Shown here: one piece after another, positions 19,342-29,250 of the stretch
Numbering within the stretch: position 1 is the stretch's first letter
Layout of the letters: every line of letters begins with the position of its first letter
Source of the DNA: a virus
Reading direction: 5' to 3' (one strand)
Virus record (IMG/VR): IMGVR_UViG_3300042904_000405
Coordinates: 1-64,000 of that record
DNA length: 64,000 bases
The notes under the pieces: generated by a model
Told to the model about the DNA's origin: nothing
What the model saw: only the letters and a program-made list of their open reading frames with translations
Database searches by the model: none
Translations under genes and position numbers: made by a program

Positions 19342-20848
19342 GTCGCTCGAGCACCTCGAGCGCATCGCCCTTCCCTCCAGCATCGGCCGGTCGCTAGCCC
19401 CTCGGCTGTGGGGAGCGGGCACCGAGTACCGCGTCGACCCGTGGCTTGCCATGGCCGAGCAGGCTGTCGTGCCAGCGTTCCTGGACAAGACCCAGGAGTC
19501 GTTCATCATGCTGAACGTCCCGCCCCAGGTCGGCAAGTCGACCTTCGGCGGCGAGCTGCTCCCGTTCTGGGTGCTCGGCATGTTCCCCGAGACGCGCATC
19601 ATCGTCATCACCTACTCGGACGACTTCAGCAAGGGCCGCGGCGCCACTGTCCGCAACATGATGGAAGCCTTCGGGCCTGAGCTGTTCGGCGTCGACGTCG
19701 ACCCCGACTTTCGCTCCGCCGGCGACTGGCGCATCAAGGGGCACCGCGGCGGGATGCTCTCGGTCGGCATCGGCTCGCAGATCACTGGCCGTTCCGGCGA
19801 CCTGATCATCATCGACGACGTCATCAAGAACGCCGAGGAGGCGGCGAGCCCGACCGCCAAGCGCAAGCACCTCGCAGAGTACGACGGCACGATCCGCACC
19901 CGCCTCCAGCCGGGCGGCATGATCCTCATCACCGCCACGCGCTGGGCCGAGGACGACCTGTCCGGCGAACTGCAGACCCGTCAGAAGGACCCCACGTACT
20001 TCGGTGATCGCTGGGAGGTGTACTCCTTCCCGGCCATCGCCGAGCCCGAGGACGAGGACGACGAGGAGTGGGTCGACCCCCTCGGCCGCGCCGAAGACGC
20101 CGAGCTGCAGTGCCGCTTCCCCGAGGGCCACTTCCACCGCGTCCGCCGCTCGATCGACGCCTTCACCTTCAGCTGCCTCTTTCAGCAGCGCCCATCCGTC
20201 CGCAAGGGGGGCATGTTCCCCAAGGCGAACTGGCGCTACTACGACCCCGACGACCGCCCGTACATGGATCAGTTCATGCGGGTGTGGGACCTCGCCGCCA
20301 CCGAGAACGGCGGCGACTACACCGTCGGGTCGAAGGTGGGCAAGACGCGCGACGGCGAGTGGTACGTGCTGGACGTCGTCCGCAAACGGCTCAACGCCAA
20401 CGACGTGCGCGAGCTGGTCTGGGCGACCGCGGTCGGCGACGGCTTCCTCACCAAGATCCGCTTGGAGGAATCACGGGACGGCGCCGGCAAGAGCGTCGTT
20501 GAGTTCTACAAGGCGGATCCGCGCTTCGCTGGGTACGACATCAAGGGCACACGCGCCGAAGGCCAGAAGGAGAGCCGGGCCACGCCCTACTCCGCACTCC
20601 AGAACGGCGGCCACTTCCACCTGCCCGACGGCGCTCCGTGGGTGAAGGACTTCGTCGACGAGCATCGACAGATGATGGGCGACGGGCGCAAGCCGCGGCA
20701 CGACGACCAGATCGACACGGTCGCCTACGCCGTGCTCGAGATGGCCGACTCCGGCCCTGTCACCATCCTCGACCCGCACGACTACACCGACCAGTTCACC
20801 GAGAAGGCCATGAACGACATCTGGCGCCGCATGGGCGTCATGCGGTGA
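19325..20848 (+). CDS. terL: Terminase large subunit
   Basis: Walker A PPQVGKST, ITGRSGDLIIIDD Walker B, TRWAEDDL, nuclease WDLA..GDYT and HDDQID. Confidence 0.95.
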   Translation: MSATTESLEHLERIALPSSIGRSLAPRLWGAGTEYRVDPWLAMAEQAVVPAFLDKTQESFIMLNVPPQVGKSTFGGELLPFWVLGMFPETRIIVITYSDDFSKGRGATVRNMMEAFGPELFGVDVDPDFRSAGDWRIKGHRGGMLSVGIGSQITGRSGDLIIIDDVIKNAEEAASPTAKRKHLAEYDGTIRTRLQPGGMILITATRWAEDDLSGELQTRQKDPTYFGDRWEVYSFPAIAEPEDEDDEEWVDPLGRAEDAELQCRFPEGHFHRVRRSIDAFTFSCLFQQRPSVRKGGMFPKANWRYYDPDDRPYMDQFMRVWDLAATENGGDYTVGSKVGKTRDGEWYVLDVVRKRLNANDVRELVWATAVGDGFLTKIRLEESRDGAGKSVVEFYKADPRFAGYDIKGTRAEGQKESRATPYSALQNGGHFHLPDGAPWVKDFVDEHRQMMGDGRKPRHDDQIDTVAYAVLEMADSGPVTILDPHDYTDQFTEKAMNDIWRRMGVMR

Positions 20849-21341
20849 CGAAGGCCTCGTGCTCGGCTGGCTGGAGGAGCCGGTCAGGATGATCGAACGT
20901 CACCACGCCAGACCAGACAGTGACCCGCACGCCCCCGACGGTCCGCCAGTGTGGCACCATCAGGTATGGCGCCCACTGCGTCGGGTAGGGAGAGATGGCC
21001 CCGTCAGGATCGGTGGGCCACGCCAGGAAGACGGCGTCGTCCTCGCCGGGTAGGGCAGAGTTTGCCCTGAAGGCAGGGTGAGCCTCGAGCCGGGCGAGCG
21101 CCCTGCTGATGCGGATGACCGCTCGATGCAGCGAGCCCGAGGCCCGGCCCTTCCGCTGTCCGTAGGCGTTGAAGGCCTGCGCGCTCAGGTCATCCAGCAG
21201 CAGACGCCAACCGATCGGCGGCATCGGCACGTCGATCATCACCCGGCCAACAGGCTCTCCCCTGTCCAGCCACGCCTTCGCCGCCGAGGTGGCGTGCGCA
21301 TAGCATGCCTTGAGCTGGGAGTCAGTGAGGCGAACGATCAT
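20838..21341 (-). CDS. Hypothetical protein (last gene of leftward arm)
   Basis: ATGA-coupled start MIVRLTDSQ. Confidence 0.6.
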   Translation of the reverse strand: MIVRLTDSQLKACYAHATSAAKAWLDRGEPVGRVMIDVPMPPIGWRLLLDDLSAQAFNAYGQRKGRASGSLHRAVIRISRALARLEAHPAFRANSALPGEDDAVFLAWPTDPDGAISPYPTQWAPYLMVPHWRTVGGVRVTVWSGVVTFDHPDRLLQPAEHEAFVTA

Positions 21342-21493
21342 GGGGAATCGGACGGCGGTTCGGTAGCGCAGCTCGGGTTGGGACACTGGCGCTGTTCGCC
21401 GTACGGCCAGTCCATCGTCTGATCGACCACGACCCAGCCGACACCTCCACACTCGGGGCAGTTGAACGGCGGTTCGGTAGGGCTACTCGTCAT
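21338..21493 (-). CDS. Small CxxC protein bounded by two EPP repeats
   Basis: MTSSPTEPPFNCPECGG...CPNPSCATEPPSDSP. Confidence 0.7.
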   Translation of the reverse strand: MTSSPTEPPFNCPECGGVGWVVVDQTMDWPYGEQRQCPNPSCATEPPSDSP

Positions 21494-21690
21494 CGCTGGC
21501 ACCTGCCTGTTTCGTTGCATCGGCGCTCGCCGCAACGTTCGTCGAGGAAGTCCGCCAGGGGGCAGCCGTGTTCGTGGCGGTCGCCGGGTCGCACATCGGC
21601 GGTGCATGTGGCGCATCGGTAGTGGCCGGTGAGTTTCCGCCACCAGCCCCACGCGCTATCGGACGGCGGTTCGATGCCCGGCTCAGGCAT
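21490..21690 (-). CDS. Small Cys/His protein with N-terminal EPP repeat
   Basis: MPEPGIEPPSDS...CATC...HEHGC. Confidence 0.7.
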   Translation of the reverse strand: MPEPGIEPPSDSAWGWWRKLTGHYRCATCTADVRPGDRHEHGCPLADFLDERCGERRCNETGRCQR

Positions 21691-21973
21691 CGCTCACCAT
21701 CCATTGCAGGTTCCAGACACGGTCTGTCGATGGGTCGTGATGGTCGCGAGAGCCGTCGTGGAAGTGGCGAGCGGGTAGATCGCAGGTGTAGTGCACCGCA
21801 CCTGACGTGATCCGCGCCGGGCAGACCGGCCACGTATTGCACGGACATCCCGGAGCGGGATCGAGCAGCGGGCCACCGCCGCATTCCGGGCAGGTGGACT
21901 CGGACTGGACGTGATGCGCCGCCATGTCCGGACATTGCCCGACCGGCACCCCGTGCGAGCAATCGATAGTCAT
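21683..21973 (-). CDS. Cys/His-rich small protein
   Basis: MTIDCSHG..CPECGG..CPC..C..C..H..H; SD GGAAGAGG. Confidence 0.6.
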   Translation of the reverse strand: MTIDCSHGVPVGQCPDMAAHHVQSESTCPECGGGPLLDPAPGCPCNTWPVCPARITSGAVHYTCDLPARHFHDGSRDHHDPSTDRVWNLQWMVSDA

Positions 21974-22212
21974 TCCCCGCCCTCTTCCTCGTCGGTCCCC
22001 GATCCGTTGCAGGCGGCGCAGACGCTGACAGTGAGACCCATGCGATCCCAGCAGCGGCCGAGCCCGAGGCAGTCCTGACACGGCACGGTGGCGGAGTTGA
22101 ACGGCGGTTCGGTAGCCCGTTCCCGCATCGCCTTGCGCTTGCACTCACACCCGCCCTGGAACAGGCAGTCAGGGTGGCGCTCGCACCTATTGAACGGCGG
22201 TTCGGTAGCCAT
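21970..22212 (-). CDS. Two-module Cys-rich protein with two EPP repeats
   Basis: MATEPPFNRC...ATEPPFNSATVPCQDCLGLG...CAACNGSG (DnaJ-type CxxCxGxG). Confidence 0.7.
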   Translation of the reverse strand: MATEPPFNRCERHPDCLFQGGCECKRKAMRERATEPPFNSATVPCQDCLGLGRCWDRMGLTVSVCAACNGSGTDEEEGGE

Positions 22213-22346
22213 CACAGGAGCGCCAGTCCGACCATTGTCCACCACAGTGCGAGCATGATGAAGCCCGCCAGGCAGACGGCTACGAGTAATCCGAGCGCGG
22301 CTTCGTCGTCGCTATCGGACGGCGGTTCGGCAGAGGGGTCAGGCAT
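22212..22346 (-). CDS. Small membrane protein with N-terminal EPP repeat (44 aa, not in ORF track)
   Basis: MPDPSAEPPSDSDDEAALGLLVAVCLAGFIMLALWWTMVGLALL; TGATG coupling both sides. Confidence 0.65.
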   Translation of the reverse strand: MPDPSAEPPSDSDDEAALGLLVAVCLAGFIMLALWWTMVGLALL

Positions 22347-22633
22347 CACAGACCATCCAGCCTCATGCGAGGGTCGAGCCGGCGCGGGGGCTGATTCCGC
22401 TTGAGGTAGCCGTGGAGTCGCTCGTCGAATGCCTCGTCCTCCTCAACCATGTTGAAGATGGCATCGCAGAGCTGCCATGCCTCCTCTCGGTTCTGCTCGG
22501 CGAGCTGCTCAAGGCTGAGCCCGCGCTCGCCCAGAGCCTGGAGAACGAGGGCGATCTCTGGGTCGCTGGCCCGTTCGTTGACCCAAGCGATCATCTCGCC
22601 GAGCGCGTTGCGCTCCTCGTCGATCTCGCTCAC
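22346..22633 (-). CDS. Hypothetical protein
   Basis: Coupled ORF with strong codon bias. Confidence 0.65.
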   Translation of the reverse strand: MSEIDEERNALGEMIAWVNERASDPEIALVLQALGERGLSLEQLAEQNREEAWQLCDAIFNMVEEDEAFDERLHGYLKRNQPPRRLDPRMRLDGL

Positions 22634-22878
22634 ATCGTCTCCGTCCGCGGCGTGATCACAGCCTCTCCGACACGGATCGTCCTCGACTTCTCCCGGGCGC
22701 CGGTCAGCAGACCCAGGCGGATCATCTGCTGGAGCATCGCTTGGATCGAGCCGGGGCTCTTCATGCCGATGCCCTCGGCGATCTCGCGCACCGACGGCGA
22801 GTAGCCGTGCGCGTCGATGAACGACTGCACGAACCGTTGGATCTCCGCGGCCTGCCGCGGGACGTAGTTGTCCTTCAT
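22630..22878 (-). CDS. Stand-alone LexA N-terminal winged-helix DNA-binding domain (no Ala-Gly site or S24 protease domain)
   Basis: RQAAEIQRFVQSFIDAHGYSPSVREIAEGIGMKSPGSIQAML...GLL....KSRTIRV matches the LexA DBD pattern. Confidence 0.85.
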   Translation of the reverse strand: MKDNYVPRQAAEIQRFVQSFIDAHGYSPSVREIAEGIGMKSPGSIQAMLQQMIRLGLLTGAREKSRTIRVGEAVITPRTETM

Positions 22879-25800
22879 TGGTTCAGCTCTCCTTGGATGT
22901 TGGGATTGAGTTGATCACGGCGCTTCCGGTAGAAGCGTCCTTCCACCGTCACGCGGCCGGCCGAGCCGACGCCCATGGTCGGACTGTCGGTCACCCCGGC
23001 CCATTCCCAGCGCACCGTGCCCGCTTCCACCTGGAAGGCGTGCTGCGAGCCGTCAGGCATGGCGACGAGCACGATGACCTCGGTGGCGTCCGTGAACTCC
23101 TGGCCGATGCTCATGTCTCGCGCTGCTCCATGCGCTCCAGCGCCTTGTGCGTCGACCAGCCGATGTGGCCACAGGAGCACCGATACTCGCGCGAGAGATC
23201 GGATACGCGGCCCGAGCTGCGCCGGCGCGACGGGTTCACCTTCGTCCTCCCGGTCAGCGTGACGCTGTGTTGGTTGCGCTCTCGCCTTGTCCGCTCGACG
23301 TCGGTGTACCAGATCTTCCTGGCCTGCGAACAGTGGAACCAGATCGGGTTGCCAGTCCCCGCTGAGCGGCTCACAGCACCGACTCGTATCGTGCGTGCCG
23401 CGTCTCGACGACGTGGCGGTCCTCGGCGGCGATCGTGGTGAAGATCTCGCCGCACGTGCAGCAGCGGGTGTCCGAGCACTCAGCCGCCGGGGCGTGCCTC
23501 CCCGTCGTCTTCTTGCGCTTCGTCGCCTTCACGTCGATGCCCAGCTTGCGCGCCTGGTCGGGGGTGAGGTGGACACTCATGCCGGCTCCTGCATCCCCAG
23601 GTTCTGGGCTTCGGCAGCCCACCAGAACACGTCCTCGGTGGGCTCGATCTCGGCGAGGAGATCAAATGCCGCCTTGCACCCACCCCAGTGGATGACGCCG
23701 CTCAGGTACCGCACGCGGGCGATCATCCGCTGTCCAGCCGCATCGGCGACGCCGGCGAACCTGCCCTCCGGGTCGCGGAGGCGCTGGGCGAACAGCAACA
23801 CGGCCTGCTGCAACGTGAGGTCGAACGCGCGGTCCGTGCAGTGGTATCCGCCGAACGGGTCGACGATCCCACTTATGAAGTTGAACGGCCCCTCGGGCTT
23901 GATCTCCCAGTCGTTCACGCGTCGTCCTCCGGTGCGCTCAGGTCGGTCACCACGATCTCGGTGCCCGTACGTTCCCACTTGGCGATCATCTTGTAGTCGA
24001 CGTAGCCCAGCTCCTTCAGCAACTCCGCCTTCGGCTTCGTCGCTGGCGCCACGAAGGCCTCGTGCATCAGCCGGATCGCCTCGGCGACGGCCTCCTCGGT
24101 CGATCGCTGCTCTCCGGTGGCCTTGTCGAGCCCGATCGCCCGCACCCTGATGGCACTCTCCAATTCGTCATGACGGAATCGCCACTTGCCGGTGGGCTTC
24201 ACGGCGTACAGGTTGGTGCCGAGCTGACGGGCCGAGCCCTCGAGCTGAGCCTTGGCCGTCGTCGTCAGCATCGACTCGGCGCGCCGGGTCTCCGACTGCA
24301 GCGTCGTCAACGCCTCCCTCATGGCGAGCGCCTCGTCTACATCCATCTCGTCGCACTGGTTCAACAGCTCGGACACGACGTCGATCGCCGCCAGGATGTC
24401 GCCCATTGAGACGGTCATGGCCGCTCGTTCCAGTAGCGGTAGCGCTGGAGCACTTCGAGCGGTGGATGGGCGTCGGCGTAGACAGTGCCGTCGAAGATCT
24501 CCTCGGCCTCCTGCGGCGAGCGGCATCCCTCAACCGCATTGATGATCTCGTCGGTCTTCTTGCTGCGCATGTAGTACGTGGCCATCACCACACCTTCGAC
24601 TTCATGCCCTGGACCTCAGCCCTCGACGGCGAGTACGGGCGCTCCACCCGACGGCCCTCCTTCTTCGCCTCGGTCGCCTTGTCCCGGCGCTTCTGCTGGA
24701 TCTCGCGGGCGAGCCAGCCGGCGTCGCGGAGGCCCGCTGCGTCGTACGTCCACTTGAACCTCTTGATCTTCATCAGTCCAACTCTCCTACTGAAACGTTG
24801 ATGCGGGGTGGGGCCGGCTCGTAGCACCACAGGAACGGCCCGCCGGCGGCCGAGTAGCCGGAGTTGTCGTAGCCCGACAGGCAGCGGAACGTGCGCTCCG
24901 TCTCGGGATCGGTGATCGTGATCCAGCCCCCGCCGACGGTCGCCCTGACCCCGACCTGTGGTCCGGGGGGTTCGTCGACCGGTGGCGATTCGTCGACGTA
25001 GTAGGCGCCACCATCGTCGCCGCCGCATGCGGCGAGCAGCGCCACCGGTAGCAGCAGGGGCCGCTTCACTGCTGCGCCTCCAGCATCCGCCGCCTGCGCT
25101 CGGCGAGGTACCTCTCCACCTCGATCACAGACCGATGGATCGGCCCGGTCGACGGCGCTGTGAACTCCGGGATGCGGATGTAGCGCTCGCCGTCCCACTC
25201 CAGCCGCTCGCCGACCGGCTCTGGCCGCTGCGTCTCGGTCTTCGCCCAGTGCGCACGCAGCCGGGCCGCGTCCTCCTCCCGTGCCCGCATCAGCTCGGTC
25301 TGGCTGAAGCCGCCGTCCTCTTGGATGTTGCGTTGCTCAATGCCCATCAGTCGAACCAGTCGTCCTTTGCGTGTCGTGCGATGTACATGGCCTTCTCCCA
25401 ATCGTCGTCGTGGATGTCGTCCATCCCCGCCCATCCGTGCTTCGTCAGCAGCGTCTTCGCCTTCAGCTCGTCCTCGGGGGAGAGCTGCTCCAGCAAGCCT
25501 CGCAGCACGACCGGCTTGTTCGGATTCGGCGCCGGCGCCTCAGCACGGGTCGGGGTCCGTGCTGGGCGCTCGGCGCCTGACCCGCGTGAGCGCTGGGGGG
25601 GCGCCTCTGCGCGGGCGGTCTTGGATGGCAGTCGTTCGAAGCCCGCCATGATCCTGACCTTCATCTTGGCCGACACGTCGTCGACCGCCTTGAAGATGAG
25701 CATGCGATCACCTGGCTGCATCCCGATGAGCCGGGTCGCCATCGCTGCGCCCGCTGGCTCGTCGGTGCGGTGGGTGCGCACGGTCTCGACCTCGCCACCG

Positions 25801-27132
25801 CCGCCATGATCCGCGATGAAGCTGACGATGTAGCGCTGCGACCTCTCTTCAAAGTCCTTGCCTTGGTAGGTGGCGAAGATCGGCGCGCCCTCGAGCACCT
25901 CCTTCGCCACCCTCATCGCCTCGCCCTCTGGACGGAGGAATCCAGCCACCACCGGCAGCGCCATGTGGACTCGGGTCTCCCATTCGTCGTCGAACCGGCC
26001 GGCGGCCTGGATGGCGAGCATCACTGCCCGCTCAGCGCTCACGGACCACCAACGTCAGCGAGTAGCCGCCGTCGTTGAACGACAAGCCGTACTGCAGGCC
26101 GGTGATGTCGAAGCTCCGGCCCTCGCCGTCCTCAACGCGTAGGGACACGTCCTGGTCGGCAGCGTCCTCTCGCAGCGCCTGCACTAGATCTCGCACCTTC
26201 ACAACAGTCCTCCTTGCTTGATGTCCTCTGTCGCCTTCGCCCGCGAGATCTCGCACGCGGCCTTGAACTTGCCGTCGTTGCCCCAGTCGCACTCCCACTC
26301 GTAGTACAGCGGGCCGGCTTCGAAGGAGTCGGGCTCCCATGCGGACTGTGCCTCGTGGAGGCCGTCGAGTTCCTGGATCAGCTCGGTCAGGGCGGCGACC
26401 TCGGCAGGCGTGCAGAGGGCCCTGCGCTGCGGCGCTGCGAACGTGCGGAAGAACTTCTGCGCCGCCCGCTTGCACTCGGTGTCGGTGTCCTTGACGATCA
26501 CCTTGTTCCACGCGGGCGTCGTCTGCCCGAGATTCCCCCAGGCGCCGCCCGTCCTGATGTAGTACTTGTACTTGCCGACCTTCTTCGGCCGGCCGATCTT
26601 CTTATCGCCCACTCGCTTCCTCCATCAGTCCGACCTCCGGTGCTGCCAGCAGCGGTCGGAGCCCATCTCGGCGCGCCGCTTGCATTGGCGGCGCCACCAG
26701 ACTTTGCCTCGGCCGGGGCCCTCCTTGAGTCGGGGCCCTTCGAGAATCCAGGTGCACTGGTTCAGCGGCATCACTGTTCCTCACGGGAGGCGCCGATGGC
26801 GTCGGCGACGTCCGACATCAGCTCTTGGGTGTCGAGCCCGTCGCCCTCGGAGCCCCACTCTTCCCACCAGCGCACGCACTCAGCGTCGCTCAGGCCGCGG
26901 AAGACGATGAACCCGTTGCGGTTGATCACGTTCGGCATCAGTCCACCATCCTCGTGAGGGCCCGATTGAGGGCGTTGCGCAAGTCCTTGACCTTGCGCTT
27001 CGAGAGCTTCCCAGCGCCCTCGTCGGGCAGAGAAGACAGGAACAGCACGTCGAGATGGTCAGGGTCGAGGCCGACCCAGACCTGCCCTTCGGTGATCTCG
27101 TCATCCCAGATGGTCTCGTTGACTACCCACAT
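22875..27132 (-). other. Run of ~14 coupled small early genes (22875-23114, 23111-23374, 23371-23580 C2H2-like, 23577-23918, 23915-24418, 24415-24585, 24585-24773, 24773-25069, 25066-25347, 25347-26042, 26032-26202, 26199-26612, 26625-26771, 26771-26938, 26938-27132)
   Basis: Head-to-tail ORFs joined mostly by ATGA/GTGA/TGATG overlaps; no recognisable domains. Confidence 0.65.
24773..25069 (-). CDS. Lipoprotein
   Basis: MKRPLLLPVALLAACGG lipobox. Confidence 0.7.
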   Translation of the reverse strand: MKRPLLLPVALLAACGGDDGGAYYVDESPPVDEPPGPQVGVRATVGGGWITITDPETERTFRCLSGYDNSGYSAAGGPFLWCYEPAPPRINVSVGELD

Positions 27133-27608
27133 CACCAGCTCCACCTCTCCACATGTCGGGCCGCCTCGATGGCGGCGTCGGTTGGCTTCCACACCGTGGC
27201 CTGCTGGCCGTAGCGCGTCGCCCGGGTCTTGCCCGAGTCTTCGATCCAGCCCTGGTCCCGCAGGTCGGTGACCCGCGGCGACACTGACTGGTGCGATCGG
27301 CTGAGCCGCTGCTCGATGGCGTCCGTCGTGAGCCCGATCGATCCCTGCTGGTAGGCGAGGAGGATCTGAGCGAACACCCGACCCACCACCCGGTGGGCGC
27401 TCTTGCTCATGTACTGCGCCGCCGCCTCCGAGGTGGCGAGCGGCAGTGAGATCGTGCGGGTTGCGGTGGCTGGCTCCAGGTCGAGCGCCTTCAGCCTCGT
27501 CACGGCAGCTTCGAGCTTGGCGACTCGACTCCAGAAGCCGAACACCGTCGGCTCTAGGAGTACGGCTGCTTCGATGACGGCGCGTTCCGCTGTCCGTCTC
27601 TTCGTCAT
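27132..27608 (-). CDS. Winged helix-turn-helix DNA-binding protein
   Basis: GLTTDAIEQRLSRSHQSVSPRVTDLRDQGWIEDSG..R.TRYG..ATVW; SD GGAAGGA. Confidence 0.8.
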   Translation of the reverse strand: MTKRRTAERAVIEAAVLLEPTVFGFWSRVAKLEAAVTRLKALDLEPATATRTISLPLATSEAAAQYMSKSAHRVVGRVFAQILLAYQQGSIGLTTDAIEQRLSRSHQSVSPRVTDLRDQGWIEDSGKTRATRYGQQATVWKPTDAAIEAARHVERWSW

Positions 27609-27656
27609 TGGCGTCCTTCCATGCTATGCGAGCGTACCGCTCGGATGTTCGGTTGT

Positions 27657-28250
27657 CTAGGGCACTTCGATCACGAGGAGCACCGAGTGGTAGCCCCAGA
27701 TGTTGAGCTGCTTCTTGCCCGAAGGCTGCGACCGCATGGCGTGGATGTACAGCTTTCCAGCCACCCGGCCACCGGCCTTGCGCACCGCCTCCGTCACGAA
27801 GCCCGACTGATCGCGGAACTTCGACGCCACGTTTGAGTCCTGGCACTTCACCAGGACCAGCCGGCGCGAGATCTCCATCGCCTCGAGCGCTCCGCCGATC
27901 AACGTCTCGTCGACCGAGTCAGCGCTGCTGTAGTCGCCCAAGCCGTACTGCGCGTCCGACTCCAGCCGGCTCGTCCCTCGGTAGGCATAGGGCGGGTCCC
28001 AGCACACGACGCTGTACGCACCCGGCGCGAACGCCCGATCGAACACGTTGTGGTGGTAGTCCGCCGCCACTGCCTCGTCGTCGTCGTTCGTGACGAGCAC
28101 GTCAGGGCGCCAGCGCGTCCAGAACCCTGCGTTCGGCCCGACCGTCAAGTCAAGGATGGAGTCCTCCTTGCGGAGGATCCCCAGCTCGGCGAGGTCGGCG
28201 ATGGCGGCACCGTTCGTCACGCGGTGCGTGTCGTTGGCCAGGATGGTCAT
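27657..28250 (-). CDS. Putative DNA amino-(N6A/N4C) methyltransferase
   Basis: ILDLTVG...GFW SAM-binding segment and WDPPY catalytic motif; LVKCQD. Confidence 0.75.
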   Translation of the reverse strand: MTILANDTHRVTNGAAIADLAELGILRKEDSILDLTVGPNAGFWTRWRPDVLVTNDDDEAVAADYHHNVFDRAFAPGAYSVVCWDPPYAYRGTSRLESDAQYGLGDYSSADSVDETLIGGALEAMEISRRLVLVKCQDSNVASKFRDQSGFVTEAVRKAGGRVAGKLYIHAMRSQPSGKKQLNIWGYHSVLLVIEVP

Positions 28251-28537
28251 GTCGTTCCTCTCGTCGCCCAGATGGACGTCGTCTCGCCCAGTGTCACGCC
28301 GTCGTGAGCTGCCAGCTCCTGATCGACGTACGCCCGCAGGTCGACGGCGATGTCGCCGTCGCCCCACGAGACGCGGGCGATCAGCGCGGCGCTGTCACCC
28401 GGCGCCCGCACCACGATGTCGATGCCCGAGTACTCGCTCACGCTGACGTCGTCGTCCGCATCCAGCTCGCACACGATGCGGCTGCGCGCCTCCTGCTCGC
28501 CTTCGATCTCCTCAATGGCGTCGTCGAGTGCACTCAT
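28247..28537 (-). CDS. Hypothetical acidic protein
   Basis: SD GAAGGAG, ATGA coupling. Confidence 0.65.
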   Translation of the reverse strand: MSALDDAIEEIEGEQEARSRIVCELDADDDVSVSEYSGIDIVVRAPGDSAALIARVSWGDGDIAVDLRAYVDQELAAHDGVTLGETTSIWATRGTT

Positions 28538-29250
28538 GCGGCTCCTTCCAGGTACGCCAACAGCTGGCGTCCGATGTGTTCGGTGTAGCGCGGTGGGATC
28601 GACTCGCACAGCTCGTCGTTGGTCATCCAGTCGATGCCCATCGCCTGCTGACGGATCGGCCCCTCGCCGGCGTACTGCAGGTGCCCATGCACCCCGACGA
28701 CCGAGGCGAGCCGCCCCTCCTTGCGGTTCTTGCTCGCCAGCGACTGGAACCGCGGCGTCTGCCAGCCGTGGTCGCACGGCGGCGCTGTCAGCGGCCAGTT
28801 CGTCTCGAAGTACCGGTGGCGGCGGATGTCCATGCCGAAGCTGGATCCGCACAACCGCACCGGGTCGACCATGTGTCGGCGAGCGCCCTCAACGTTCTCG
28901 ATGACGTAGGGCAGCCCGCTCGCCTGCAGGGCCTCACGCGTCGCAGCCAGCAGCCACGCCGTCCCCTTCGCGCCCCGCGCCTTGCGGTCGGTGCCGGTCG
29001 ACGTTGAGAAGTCATGACACGGCGGGGACGCATGGATGGCGCTGTAGAACGCCCGCCCCCACATTCCGACGGCGTCGGCCTGGATGTAGCTGTCGAGGTA
29101 CTCCAGAGCGTCGGCCTGGACGAACCCGCAGCCGGGCGGGTAGTTCGGCTGCGGCGCTACATCCACGCCGACGACCGAGAAGCCCGCCTTGTGGTAGCCC
29201 GCCGACGCCCCGCCTGCTCCGCAGAACAGATCGAGGATGACCGGCCTCAC
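28534..29250 (-). CDS. DNA cytosine-C5 methyltransferase
   Basis: LDLFCGAGG, IHASPPC, YVIENV, RRHRYFE motifs. Confidence 0.9.
   Translation of the reverse strand: MRPVILDLFCGAGGASAGYHKAGFSVVGVDVAPQPNYPPGCGFVQADALEYLDSYIQADAVGMWGRAFYSAIHASPPCHDFSTSTGTDRKARGAKGTAWLLAATREALQASGLPYVIENVEGARRHMVDPVRLCGSSFGMDIRRHRYFETNWPLTAPPCDHGWQTPRFQSLASKNRKEGRLASVVGVHGHLQYAGEGPIRQQAMGIDWMTNDELCESIPPRYTEHIGRQLLAYLEGAA

Larger units (their letters stand above)
21349..22329. repeat. EPP-repeat cluster 1: six 14-bp sites (T/C)G(A/G)AC-GGCG-GTTCG at 21349, 21463, 21660, 22098, 22191, 22316
   Basis: Read directly; all same orientation and all translated as E-P-P-(F/S) on the minus strand. Confidence 0.92.

Noticed and set aside
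21349-22329. EPP repeats as CRISPR repeats or classical integron attC sites
   Set aside because: Spacing is irregular and coding, the repeat is only about 14 bp, and there is no attC-length hairpin and no cas or IntI gene.
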